Shown: one piece after another, positions 26,246-38,310 of the stretch
How the letters are laid out: the number at the start of each line of letters is the position of its first letter
Position numbering within the stretch: position 1 is the first letter of the stretch
Source: Podarcis pityusensis
Taxonomy: Eukaryota
DNA length: 64,000 bases
Direction: 5' to 3' (one strand)
NCBI GenBank assembly: GCA_964106645.2
Contig: OZ067038.1
Position numbers and translations under genes: made by a program
Notes under the pieces: model-generated
Database searches by the model: none
The model's input: only the letters and a program-made list of their open reading frames with translations
Told to the model about the DNA's origin: nothing

Positions 26246-26436
26246 TAAAAAGAAGTCTGAGGCTGCAGTCCTATAGCCATGCACCTGGGAGCGGGCCCTA
26301 TGGAATCCAATGGATCTTCCTTCCAAGTAGCCAGATACAGAAGAGTATGTGTAGGTCCCTGCATTTGACATTTCCCTCTAACTCTTACCTCAGACTTTCC
26401 TCCCTCTCCTCAGTCCTCTTGGGATTATATATATTA

Positions 26437-26640
26437 CATACCATCCAACATTTCCACATCAAAAACCTGGATGCAGGTCTTCCGGAATGTACTCCCGGGG
26501 TGAGTCACATGACCTGTGCCATGATCTCGCCCCAAGCGTTTCTTATTTCTTTTTCAAGGCAAGATTACAACAAAATGGCCGCCTTGATCTCACGCAATAA
26601 AATGGGGCGTCGCTTTTTTTCTGGGACACTTGGTGGGTAT
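26437..26640. mobile_element. hAT-like MITE
   Basis: Ends cataccatccaa / ttggtgggtat; tatatta on both flanks. Confidence 0.6.
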
Positions 26641-26876
26641 TATATTAGCTTCCCCGACTCTGTCTCATTTCCCCTCTGTTTCCATTTTAATTTTTGAAGG
26701 GCTTTTAAGAGATGGCTCAACTTTTCTCCTCTTTCAGTTTTGTTTCTTCTTTTGCATATACTGCTTCAAATACATGTATCTGGTGCATATGATCAGCTCC
26801 TGGCTTAATAAGCCAGGGCATACATAAACTCAAGTCCTTTGCTCTTACTTTACTTTTTCTTTTCTGTGAGTGGGAA

Positions 26877-27064
26877 AGAAAGTCAGGAAGCAGCAGCTAA
26901 CCATAGCTTCCTTACGTCTGAACTGGGAAATGATGGTTAATGACTTTCAAAAAAGCAAAAATAGAAACCAATGGGTCCCATAGCTTGGCTTGTTTGGAAG
27001 CCATTAACCACGGTTTCTTTGACGTAATGAGAAGCTATGGTCAGCTGTGCATTCCTAACATTCT
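26877..27064. repeat. Long imperfect inverted repeat (old MITE?)
   Basis: Arms cagctaaccatagcttc..ttacgtc..tggttaatgactttcaaa / tttggaagccattaacca..gacgtaa..gaagctatggtcagctg. Confidence 0.7.
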
Positions 27065-30000
27065 GATCACCCTGAAGCTCAATTATAACCACTATGTATC
27101 TTTGTTCTTGGACATCTTTTTCTTAAAATACATGTACTGCTGTAAAGGTATTTATGCTTTTAATAACACTTAGTATTTATGCCAAGGGTGGCTAACAGTC
27201 CATGGACTGGATCCAACCCAACAAGCCACGGTAAGTGTCCCCACCAGCCAGACATCATCCCTCTGATTAGGGGATAAAAGATCCTTCTAGCAACCCTGTA
27301 GAGAAAATCTCTAAAGAGCGGTCAGAGGGATCTTTCATCTCCAATCTGAGGGCTAAACACCACAGCACTGAGGTCAGAGATAAAAGGCAGCATTTGTTCC
27401 CACACCTTCACACCAGTAACAGAGGGATTATATCCTTGGGAAATGCATGGCGGAAGCACTTAGAACACCAAACCAGCAAACCACCAAGTTGGGAGACAGT
27501 AACAGGCTTTGGCTTGGTTATGAAGTCAAGCCAAAATTTGTGGTGCCCCATGACTAAGATAAACAGGATCAATATTGTTCATTCCACATGGAGAAGCTGA
27601 GAAATAGTGCCTTATTCAAGGCTACCTGGTGAGTTCATTGCCAAGGTGAGATTTTACCTGGATGCTTCGCAGCTCATCACTCACACTCACTACCCCTTAA
27701 GTGCAGCAGCTGCCGTGTTGCCCTGGTTTGCTCCACAGCAGGGATGGTGAACTTGCAACCGTCCAAACTCCCACCATTCCTGAATGTTTGGCATGCTGGC
27801 TGTTGCTCTTAGGCCAGCAACATTTGGAGGGCCACAGGCTCCCCACCCCTGCCTGCAAATAAGAACGGAGGCATAAGATAAAATAAGTGAAAATGAGAAT
27901 TTTGATGCTTCACACATTAAGAATTGGTTACTTTTATACCCCTGAATATCAGATATATTTCTCTAACATCTCTCTGTTTGCCTGGGTTAATATTTCACAG
28001 CTTAGGCACTCTCATTCGCTGCATTGTAGAATAGGTGAAGTGCCCAAGAACAACACATTTCCCCTGTTGCTGGAAACTCAATAAATATGATGGAAATGGG
28101 AAGGGAATTATATTCTCTCTCATTGTCTTCTTCTGCATGATTAAATCATTAATCATTCTAAACATTCTCCTCTCATGATTCATGAGACCATTCCTATAGT
28201 CTTATATATTCCTTTATGACTATATAGTCAGTCTGGTATCTTTGACCATTTCTTTGCTTTCTCCACCATCTGCCTTCCTCATGTTTCTTCTAATTAGGCC
28301 ACTTTCTGCATCCTTCCTCCAGGTATCGTCCTACAGCTGTGAAAGTCTTTCTTTCTTTCATCCTTCATCAGATCCTACCCCATACATAAGCTTTTCCTTT
28401 CTCTCCTCTTTTAAAGAGTTTGGTCTCAGCTATATCTCAGATTCCTAAAGTTGGGTTGTTGGAGGCCATGGAGAATAGAAAGGAGGAGGAGGACGAAAAA
28501 GAGAAATATGGAATGATTAAATAAAACATCAGAGTTGTCCGAAACCAGTGTTGCTCATTTTGGACCCTGTGACCCTTCTGTGCTGATGAAGATGTAGTCA
28601 TTCCAACTGCATATAAATAATATTGTTTTATTTTAAGGATTCATTTATTCTAGTGATTTTGTATTTTGCCTTTCAATAAAATTCCAATGATGGCTTTATT
28701 TGTTTATTTATTAAACCACTAGGGTTAAATCAGGCAGAACAAATCTTGGCTTAACCATGAGTCCCAGCTCAGATGCTAAGACAACCTTTGGATTAGGTAA
28801 ACTTGGCATGGAAGTGAAGATGACCAAGCTGGTAATCCGTAACATTACACTGAAATGCCAGAGCAAATAAAACAACTTAAAGCATCTAAAAGAGGTGCTA
28901 GCATTCAAGAGGGTGGGAGGCCATCACAGAAAAGACTCCTTCTCCATCTGCTGCAAATAAAATCGTCACTATCTGTCTGACTAGATGGCTCCATGGCTGG
29001 ATGACTAGAAGGTGTTGATGTGCTGTTTTATAGCTATAGCTATTTATATGTTATTATTTCTGCATGATAAGCATGAAAACTAATGCATACTAGGCTAAAC
29101 CTCCTCCTCCCAGAAATTATCACTGGTGCTTAACTGATGGTGACATCTCTATGAGCCTCAATTCAGGTGACAAATCTCTTTCTCCACACCTATCTATTTC
29201 ACTTCCTCTGGAGCCTGCAGAACGAATGGTACGTGTATTATGACCACAAAGCAAGAGCCCTGTAGATAGTGACAGAGCTCAGTAAGGTTGCCAGAGACCT
29301 GAAGCCAAAAGGCGTCTTACTGAGTATGTCAGAGGAAGCAAGACAAAAGTCACCAACTGTGAGTCAAGCTAGAGGCATTGTGACAGTTCAAGACATTTAA
29401 GCACAGAACTGTCCAAACCACAGGAGTGGGAGGCCCTGATGTAAAAAACCAAACCTCCCCTTCTGCAGCTTGAAGGTGGAAGAATTGCCAAGGCAACACG
29501 GTCAACAGATGAATCTTGAATCCTCAGGAGGCGGAAGGATTTAGACCTGGGGTGAAAACCAGTTGTCCAGGTTGGCTGGGGCTCAGGGGAGGAGTGTGGG
29601 GGGCTGCCGGGGCAATGGCCCCGCACACATTTGGGGGGGGGTTGCTGGCAGGGTGGTGTGAGGAGGATGAAACAGGCATTCATCTTTCCGATCAGTCCAA
29701 TCAGACTGATGGGAAGGGCACACGCCTGCCCTGTTGCATCCTCCTCAAGTCGCCCTTCACACACCAGGTACCATAAAGACACACTTTGCCAATAACCTTT
29801 GGAACAAAATGTTCTAAGCCATAGATCACCCAGCCCCAATTTGGATCCTCTCACTCATATACACACTGTTGCTTTTAGACTTCTCCTTTTCTTCCTCTCC
29901 TCCTTAAAACAACTTTGTGTATCGGACATTGGAACTGCTGTGGTGTGGTGTGGTCCTAAGACTTTCCACAGAACTTCTGCTTCCTGCCTAGTTTTGACTG

Positions 30001-30653
30001 TATTTGCTGCTAAGTTTGACACTTCCCCTCCCGCAAGACTCCTGTACCTTTAAAAGTTGCATGATGACAGGCAGAAAATTCACAAGTACCCCATTTTCGG
30101 TTGCGGCCTATCTGGGCTCAGAATAGTTGAAGCTGTTACCTTCACGCCTAAAGATATGAGGGGAGGGATATGCGGAAAGTATACTTGCTGTAGCCCTCAA
30201 GTTTAAATAAATGGTTGCTGAAGTTGTAGATAAACCACTGAAAGGGTTTGCTCTTGTAAGTTACAGCAGAGCAGCACGGGAGAAGGGGTTGTGGGGAGGA
30301 TGAAAAATGGAAATTCTGTCTTAATAGGGAAAGGAGGGAAAGAGTTTGACAGCCCTGTGCTATTAGAAACTGAACCAATTCTTGTTCAGCGACATGAATT
30401 TCAACCATAACAGCCTTGTGTTATAATTAATATGACAAAGGGCTTCCATTTTGTAAGTCCCGCAAGTTACCTCTCTAGATAAAAAATTATATTCTATTCT
30501 CTCTTTATGTTATGCAATCTCTTTACTGTAAATATTGCTGTGATAAGGAGAGGAACAAACATCAGCACCAGCATTTTGTTCCAAAAACATCTTGCAGAAA
30601 TCACACTATGCTAGTGATATTTAATTGTAACATAAAAATTAAACACCATTTAC

Positions 30654-30882
30654 TCGANNNNNNNNNNNNNNNNNNNNNNNNNNNNNNNNNNNNNNNNNNN
30701 NNNNNNNNNNNNNNNNNNNNNNNNNNNNNNNNNNNNNNNNNNNNNNNNNNNNNNNNNNNNNNNNNNNNNNNNNNNNNNNNNNNNNNNNNNNNNNNNNNNN
30801 NNNNNNNNNNNNNNNNNNNNNNNNNNNNNNNNNNNNNNNNNNNNNNNNNNNNNNNNNNNNNNNNNNNNNNNNNNNNNCCGCA
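30654..30882 (-). other. Candidate 229-nt exon, almost entirely N-masked (30658-30877)
   Basis: aattttcag|TGCGG-N220-TCGA|gtaaat. Confidence 0.4.
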
Positions 30883-31344
30883 CTGAAAATTCTAATTTGA
30901 AGTGAGGTTTGCATTTTATTGCTGTCCATCCAAATTAGTTTTAAACTGACAGCTACATTTTCATTAAAAATGTAAAGATACTAAATATACCTGCAGAGAC
31001 TGAAAAGGAAAGTCTGCTACACATGAGTTCAAACTATATTTTTGACACTTAATGAGTAAAGGTTGAAATCCAAAATACTTCTTGTTAGTCCAATGCAAAA
31101 AAAAAAATCAGGGGGGGAAATCACATACATGAAGCAAGGCATTTTTTCTCCTTTTCAGTAGTTCCATTAAAATCTCATTGGTGGAATAATTCATGTGAGC
31201 AGCATTTTTTTTTTTTTAAATCTCATCATAAATCATAAGATTTCACTTCTAGTTTTCATTTTGCTTAAGGAAACCATACTCCATAGATGCTTTTCCTGTT
31301 CCTCTGTAAGATTCAGAGTGCCAAAGAAGGATAGAACTAAGGAT

Positions 31345-31854
31345 AAGGGGGGGGGGGGGAATGGGTCAGTTCAGATTTTAATCCAAACCTACCTAATTCA
31401 CAATTCCTGAAAGAATATGCAAACTGAAAAGTAGTTGTCGTACGCACAATTTGCACTTGTCTGAATTTTGCATTCAACCAAATGATGTGAACAAAAAATG
31501 CTTATTAGGAGAAAGTGTGCACAAGAATGCATACGCTGCTGAAAAACAACATACAAAACGTGCACTGTTATATTAGGCAAAGTTGCATGCATAAATGCGT
31601 ACAAAGCCAATTTTCACATAAAAACTGTATGTAGATTATTATGTTTTGATTGTGTTTTTATCATTGATGTTCTGTAATGTGTTTTCAATGTTGTATACCA
31701 CCCTGGGATCTTCTGATAAAAGGTGGCATATAAATTGAAATAATAATGATGATGACGATGATAAATAATAATAATACTGACAAATTTTCATGAAGTGAAA
31801 ATTTTCATGAAGAGGCAAGTATGAAACTGAAACTGACAGATTTGTCTGAACCTA
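31345..31854. mobile_element. hAT/Ac-like element (family of 5722-6088) with an L2 tail inserted at about 31630-31775
   Basis: gtcagttcagatttta...aatttgcacttgtctgaattttgca...gaaactgacagatttgtctgaaccta. Confidence 0.55.
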
Positions 31855-31991
31855 GATATAAATAGACAGTTTTGTGTGACTTGTCCCGTTAGCTTTTCCC
31901 CATGTGACGTTTGATACAAAAGTGCAAGAGTGATTTTTCTGGAGTGTATTTTTTAGTCTCCATTTGAAAACCACCAGTGATGGCTATTATG

Positions 31992-32192
31992 TTTTTTTTT
32001 AATAAGATATTTATTAAGATTTTCAGAAAATTGCAATATAAAAATGAAAAAGAAAAAGAAGATACAAAGTTACAATATAAAAATGAAAAAGAAAATACAA
32101 AATAAAAATGATTAAAAACCACTCAATTTTTCCATTACTTATTTTTCCTTAGCTTGTTTCCCAGACCTCCTCATACCTCCCTTTTTTGTATT
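31992..32192 (-). mobile_element. Short L1-like 3' end insertion
   Basis: Perfect 21-bp TSD ccaccagtgatggctattatg (31971-31991, 32193-32213); poly(T) and tttatt on the + strand. Confidence 0.85.
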
Positions 32193-33574
32193 CCACCAGT
32201 GATGGCTATTATGATACATAACTGGACTCACATGGTGGGCAACAGAATATTGTGCTGATTAGCAGGTGAGATAAATGAATTCTGCCAAATGGACACACAT
32301 ACCCCTTCCAGAGAGCAGGCTCCTGTGTGGGGAGATATTTTCCTTGCCTTAAGCCAAATATCCAGGGCCTAGATGTTCAAAGCTAAATGGTACTATTGAT
32401 TCTGGTTTATTTATAAAAGGGAAGGCATTAGTCCAAAATCTTCTTTCTTTTTTTTACCGCGGAGCTGTTATGAAATTATCTCCTTCACTCCCATTGAGCT
32501 CAAACCCTCAAACCATAAACTCCTTAAAGAAGAATATACTCTTTAAAGGGTAAATGCTTTTGAATAGTTAGGTTTCTAACCACTATATCTGCTTACTTAT
32601 GTGAAACTGCTATTTCCATGTGCACTTTATAACACCTACTTCAACAGGTTTTTAGTATGTGTACATGTTTGACAGACTATAGAAGCACACAATCTCAAAA
32701 AAGAAAATCAACAAGGAAGTGAAGATCTCTCAGGGTGAGAGAGAAGAAAAATCCCAGGTGAGAGCTTGTAGGGTCCGCCATTTTCTGTGGTTGACAAGAG
32801 TTAAGAGCTACCTTTGAAAGAGGACTCTGTGTTTTCTTTTCTGCTTCTTTGTCTGTATTTGTTTTTATTTGGATTGGTTTCTTTTTATCTTATTGTATTA
32901 TGAAAAAGCGTCAATAAAATCCTGTGGGGTGGGGAGCAAGGCCAAAGCAAGACGCTGAGTGCCTTCTTAACATAGAGCCTAATCCTGTCCACATTTACTT
33001 GGAAATAAGTCCCATAAATGGGAGTTACTTACAAGAAACCACACGTAGGATTGCAGCTTTGCTCTATGTTTTGAACTGTTCACATAAATATTTCTCACTT
33101 CATGAGAAACCTGAAACAATCCTGTTAATGGATCCTTCATCCAAAAGAATGATTTGATTACGCTACAAGGTATCATTAAAAGCAAACAGTAAATGAGAAC
33201 CAAAGTTAAATTGGTACCAGGAGGAGGGTCATTGATTGTTCTTCTGTTTTGTTTTTGCTAAATTCAAACGTAAGGCAGCAAGCCCAGTTTTGGAAATCTG
33301 TTAATAGAAATGTAACAATCGATTTTTTTTCTTTTAAAAAAAGAATACGCATAGGGAAAAGACAATATCTGGGAGAACTTTCACTCTTACACAACGTTAA
33401 AGGAACATAACTTTGATCTGGGAAGGGCTGGCAAAACTGGTAGGGATAGTGCTCAATTATTAACTCACAAATCTAGAAATCTATTGGAGTTACTAAGAAA
33501 CTATGTAAATGCATAATTTGTGTTCTTGATGTCTCAATAATTACTCAGGATGGCACTGGGTCCAAATTTCACTC

Positions 33575-33575
33575 T

Positions 33576-33630
<55 letters not shown>
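33575..33630. repeat. (GT)n(GA)n compound microsatellite
   Basis: Direct. Confidence 0.95.
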
Positions 33631-33634
<4 letters not shown>

Positions 33635-33879
33635 TCAGGTGAAACTAGAATTAACTTCATCAATAAAGGCCATTTCTTTTTGTTTGAAACAGATTGTCTT
33701 AAACTATGTACACTGAAAGCATGTACATTTTCCACAGAAACCCATTCTGAGTGCTAACCATGATGTATATCTCAGCTCACTCTATTAAGTGGATATTAAT
33801 TAACACTACTTTACAGCAGAATTCCTACGAAGTAGCACATATTATATAGACATTAAACCCCAAAGAGCTCACCAAAGAG

Positions 33880-33995
33880 CTCCCTCTGATTAATGTTGTG
33901 ACAAAGAAAAGTGAAGAATCGCAATGATTTATCACTAATTAGTGACAGATGTTGTCCACAGATCTTTAAACAGATGAAATGGCCTTAATATTACA
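33880..33995. promoter_or_regulatory. Candidate PBX-HOX/MEIS composite enhancer
   Basis: TGATTAAT at 33887, TGATTTAT at 33925, palindrome TCACTAATTAGTGA at 33932-33945, TGACAG at 33943, CAGATG at 33946. Confidence 0.5.
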
Positions 33996-33999
33996 TCTC

Positions 34000-34001
<2 letters not shown>

Positions 34002-34041
<40 letters not shown>
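34002..34041. repeat. (AC)n microsatellite
   Basis: Direct. Confidence 0.95.
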
Positions 34042-34042
<1 letters not shown>

Positions 34043-34894
34043 ATGTGGTACAAGCGTGGGAATCAATTATGTATCTATAAGGCGGTTTTTGTTGGATTCA
34101 GGAGTCTAAATGCAAAGGGGTCAGCTGGACTGCACATAAGTTGATATGACTGGTAATGCTTTATGCCACTGCAATCAGTTTTACTTATTACTGTATTAAT
34201 GGGAGACTGATTATAATTAGATGCTTGATTTATGCTAAAATCTTCAAATAGATTGATGGGTTTGAAGATCTGGGAAACAAACAAACAAACCCCAAACCAT
34301 GGCTTTGCTACAGTTCCAAACTCACTCACTCTCTCTCTCAACAATGTACATGCAAAGTGTATTTAAAAACTTCTATTCTGCCATTTATGCAATTGTGCTT
34401 AATTGCCAATAAGGCGCTGAGCAAAACAGAGAATTAAATTAAAAGTTCAATAAACACAGATCAATATTCTTGTAAATACCGAGTCTATAAAACGATCTCC
34501 TCCTTAAATGTAGTTATACTGCAGGTGCCGTGCCGTATCATCTCTGTTTGAATTTAGCTGATTGTTTTCCAGTCAAGCTAAATTCCTCTCTAATAAAAAC
34601 ATGCTGAAAAATCCAGGCACGATGCCAGCAAAGATTAGAAGCCGGCCCCTTATTCCTAAACTGTTGCAGTCTCCTGCCTCAGCATTAGCTCACAATCAGC
34701 TGAATAAAGAAGTCATCTTCCGTCTAACATGTAAATAAATCATCAGCTTCACTTACTTTACCACTGGCTGTTTGTCATTCAGGAAAATAATGGTTAATCA
34801 ATGGTTAATCAATGAAGATGTGTAACGTATTAGTTTGCAGTCCTTCATCATCCTATTTTCTTCAATTGCCTGGGGGTTTGTGTTCAGTACTTAC

Positions 34895-34955
34895 AGAATC
34901 GATTACAATTGGGAGTGATCACTCAGCTCATGTTGAGAGCTGTCAGCTGCGCTTT
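34895..34955 (-). other. Candidate 61-nt exon with stops in all frames
   Basis: ctctttacag|AAAGCG...GATTCT|gtaagta inside a TE-free block. Confidence 0.3.
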
Positions 34956-36174
34956 CTGTAAAGAGTTTTTACCCTTCTGTTTAATATAAGAAGGTAATAT
35001 TTAGCTGCATCTGACAAGCGCTAGCAGGCATTCATGGCATGAGTGGTGGTGAAGAAAGATAGGTACGGCAGAGAGATATATACTAAATAACTAAACGCAA
35101 CACTATGCGGCACTTGGTGAAACTAAACTTTTCCTGACTCCACAATAATCATAAGCATTTCTGTGTTGTTGAAGAAAATTAAAAGAAAATAGCCGTCTGC
35201 TTATCATGCCTGCAGGGAAGGGCTGAGACAGACAAGTGACAATAACGTCTTTGTGTATAACCAAAGTGGGGGGGGGGAGAGACAGATAATTTGTCCATTT
35301 TCTTCTGAACAGACACCCAATTCTCCACTCTTTACATGTGGGTGTGCCTGACAAGCCTTCTGCCAGAGTCAACAGAAAAGTTTAATATAAACATTTTGCA
35401 AAACAGCTTTCATGACCAGCAAAGATAGGCACAGCAACAGCTTGAAAAATCACTTTATTGTGTGAATTGCCTGCCTTTAACTTATTTTTCTTTTTAAAGG
35501 AAGTATAAGCATCCCTTGTCACCAATGTTAAGGTTGGGACAAGGCTGGCTGGGCTCCCTTAAAGGCCCCCTGCAAATGTTGCAGTCAACGAATAGAGTTA
35601 TTTGTGTTAATTATTGTTTTTGTCATTTTCTCTGCAAATCTGCACCACTGATAGTCATTGGGTGTGGGGATGGAGACTAATAATCATTAATGTCTTTCAT
35701 TAAATATTTACAGCGCAACAGTATTGATTAAAGGGAGGCGCAGTATATAAAAATAGTGTCATCTATTAGCGTTTTAGTTCCAACACCACCCTCTTGTGGT
35801 TGAATGCCTGCAGAGATTTTCTTTTCCTCTGCGTGAAACGAAACACGCTGCTGTTATGCAGAACTTTCAAGTTCTCTTTATAGCTGCTTATTATGGAACT
35901 TTCAAAACGAGAAGGTATAATCGGAACCTAGGGTTAAACTAGAGGGGATTATGGGGGATTTTCTGCCCTACTTATTTTTAAAATGCAGGGGGAGGTGATT
36001 TTCTTTTTTAGCAAAAAGGTGCAAGATTGAACCCCTCCTGTACTCATTTATTGCCTCTCCCGTGCCCCTTGCAACGCATTTCTCCTAGGTAAGCTCCTGT
36101 CTCACCTCAGGATTTCAGCTTAAAAATGCCTTGAGAAGGGGGCACAGACTGCAGAGAGAACCGTTGTGGGCAGT

Positions 36175-36517
36175 AAAGGGACCCCTGACCGTTAGGTCCA
36201 ATCTCGGATGACTCTCGGGTTGCAGCGCTCATCTCGCTTTACTGGCCGAGGGAGCCAGCGTACATCTTCCGGGTCATGTGGCCAGCATGACTAAGCATGA
36301 CTCTGGCAAACCAGAGCAGCGCACGGAAACGCTGTTTACCTTCCTGCCAGAGCGGTACCTATTTATCTACTTGCACTTCATGCTTTCGAACTGCTGGTTT
36401 GGCAGGAGCAGGGACCGAGCAACAGGAGCTCACCCCATCGCGGGGATTCGAACCGCCGACCTTCTGATCGGCAAGCCCTAGGCTCTGTGGTTTAGCCCAC
36501 AGCGCCACCCGTGTCCC
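36175..36517 (-). mobile_element. Sauria (Squam1) SINE, full length
   Basis: Reverse complement of the 20559 type; TSD gttgtgggcagt at 36163 and 36518. Confidence 0.93.
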
Positions 36518-36624
36518 GTTGTGGGCAGTGGGAGGGCATAATTTCCCCAAATCTTGTCTTTCCCCCCTCACCCACAACTTAATGTGTCTTGGGCCAGAGC
36601 TAGTTTTAAACAAGCCATGCCTCG

Positions 36625-37059
36625 TGTCATAAATATAGGGGTTGCTCGTGCGTAAGTTGCCGCCACTCCTGGCTAGGTTGCCTTGTTAAACCTTTTCTGT
36701 CTGGACAGCCCTTCACTTTGTGGCTGTTTCAGTCGCTAGCAGAATCCGTCAGTGGGCGTTTCTTAAACCTTTTCCAGCATAAAAGCTGTTTGACCCCAAG
36801 TCTCCTCCTACTCTCCCTGCGCGGAAGTCTTCTGCGCAGGGAGGGTGTGGGTAGGGGAGGACCCGTGCTCTCCCCGCTGGTCTCCAGCGAGGAGTCCTGG
36901 AGCCCCCTCACCGATTCCCCCATCTGCCCCCCTTTATCCCTGGTGTTACGCTGATTTCCTTCCCTGGCGGATGAGCTGCCTCTCTCCCTGCTGGGCCCTT
37001 CTCCAGCATCGCTTGAGAGCCTTGCCTCCACCTCTGGCTCCGATGTCAGTTCCCTGACA
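36625..37059 (-). mobile_element. Solo LTR (Gypsy-like) containing a 110-codon open frame
   Basis: tgtca...tgaca termini; perfect 5-bp TSD cctcg; paralog at 39915-40369. Confidence 0.9.
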
Positions 37060-37194
37060 CCTCGCTTAGCCCAAATCACCATTACATCTAGTTCAGCCCT
37101 AGTGTTAGTCAAGTGCAGTCATGGCCATGTGCAGGCCTGGGCAACTAGTGAATGCACATAAGCTAAATGCAGAGCACATGTGCAGAGAGCCAGC

Positions 37195-37385
37195 TGTCAC
37201 AGTGTTGGAGGAGGACGAGGGAGACCCAGGTTCAAATCCCGACTTAACCATGAAACCTGTAGATGGTCTTCAGCCAAACAATCACTTCCTCTCATTCTGC
37301 CTCACAGGATTAAAAGAAGGCGATGAATATATAACTCCCGGGGGGGGGGGGGGAGAGGATATAAATACAATCAATAAAATAAATA
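37195..37385 (+). mobile_element. Squam3-like tRNA SINE (old)
   Basis: gtgttggaggaggacgagggagacccaggttcaaatccc (B-box) ... gatataaatacaatcaataaaataaa. Confidence 0.6.
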
Positions 37386-37885
37386 TGGAAGCTCATGGAG
37401 GAGAACGCTAAAACCTCTCCATGTCAAAGCTTCTCAGGCCTTTCAGAAATAGGTGGAGTGGGTCGCCAGGTATGAGATGGCCTGTAATACACAGTGGTGT
37501 CGACTTGCATTCTCCTCAGCAAGTTGTCCAGGCTTAGGCATGTAAAACGTGAAACTTTTGCTATGATTAATACAGGTGTTTTCTAAAACCTTGCAAAGGT
37601 TTTCATCCAGTGTTTTAGAATTGTATAGATATATAAAATAAAATATAAAATAAAATAACACCCTTCATCCAAGGATCACAGGGTGGTTTATAGTATAAAA
37701 ACACACACAAAAAATAGCATAATAATAAACAGACTCATAACCCTCCCCCCATTTCATTCAGAGATATATTTCATTCATGCGCATGTATGTAAATGAAATG
37801 GGGGGGGTATTGGTTTGTTGGTTTGTTTGTTATTACATGTTTTTCTGTTTTTGTAGTGTGTTTGTGTGTGTGTGTATGCTATATG

Positions 37886-38310
37886 CAGTGCTTTTTTCTA
37901 AAACAAACGTTTAGGGGTATAGTCATACCTCAGGTTACAGATGCTTCAGGTTGCATTTTTTCGGGTTGCAGACCACCAAAACCCGGAAGTACTGGAACGG
38001 GTTACTTCCGGGTTTTGGCAGTCGTGCATGTGCAGAAGCACTAAATTGCGCTTTGCGCATGTGCAGAAGCACCAAATCGCAACCCATGCGTGCACAGACA
38101 TGCCGCTGCGGGTTGCGGACGCTGCGGGTTGCGGACGTGCATCCCACACGGATCACGTTCACAACCCGAGCGTCCACTGTACTCTCATTTGGACTCAAGA
38201 AAATCACCATTTTATAGTTCAAATTGGGAAAAATAAATACAATAAATGGACAAAAGTGCAAAGATTCACGTAATGCTTAGGGGTATGCGTACCCCCAGAA
38301 AAAAGCACTG
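37886..38310. mobile_element. hAT MITE hosting a Tigger-like MITE
   Basis: 14-bp TIR cagtgcttttttct/agaaaaaagcactg; TSD gctatatg/actatatg. Confidence 0.88.
37920..38179. mobile_element. Tigger-like MITE family D (nested)
   Basis: TA TSD; agtcatacctcaggtt / aacccgagcgtccactg; relative at 52099. Confidence 0.85.

Noticed and set aside
29369-29854. 161-aa ORF in a GC-rich patch
   Set aside because: No homology recognised; probably an unclassified decayed TE
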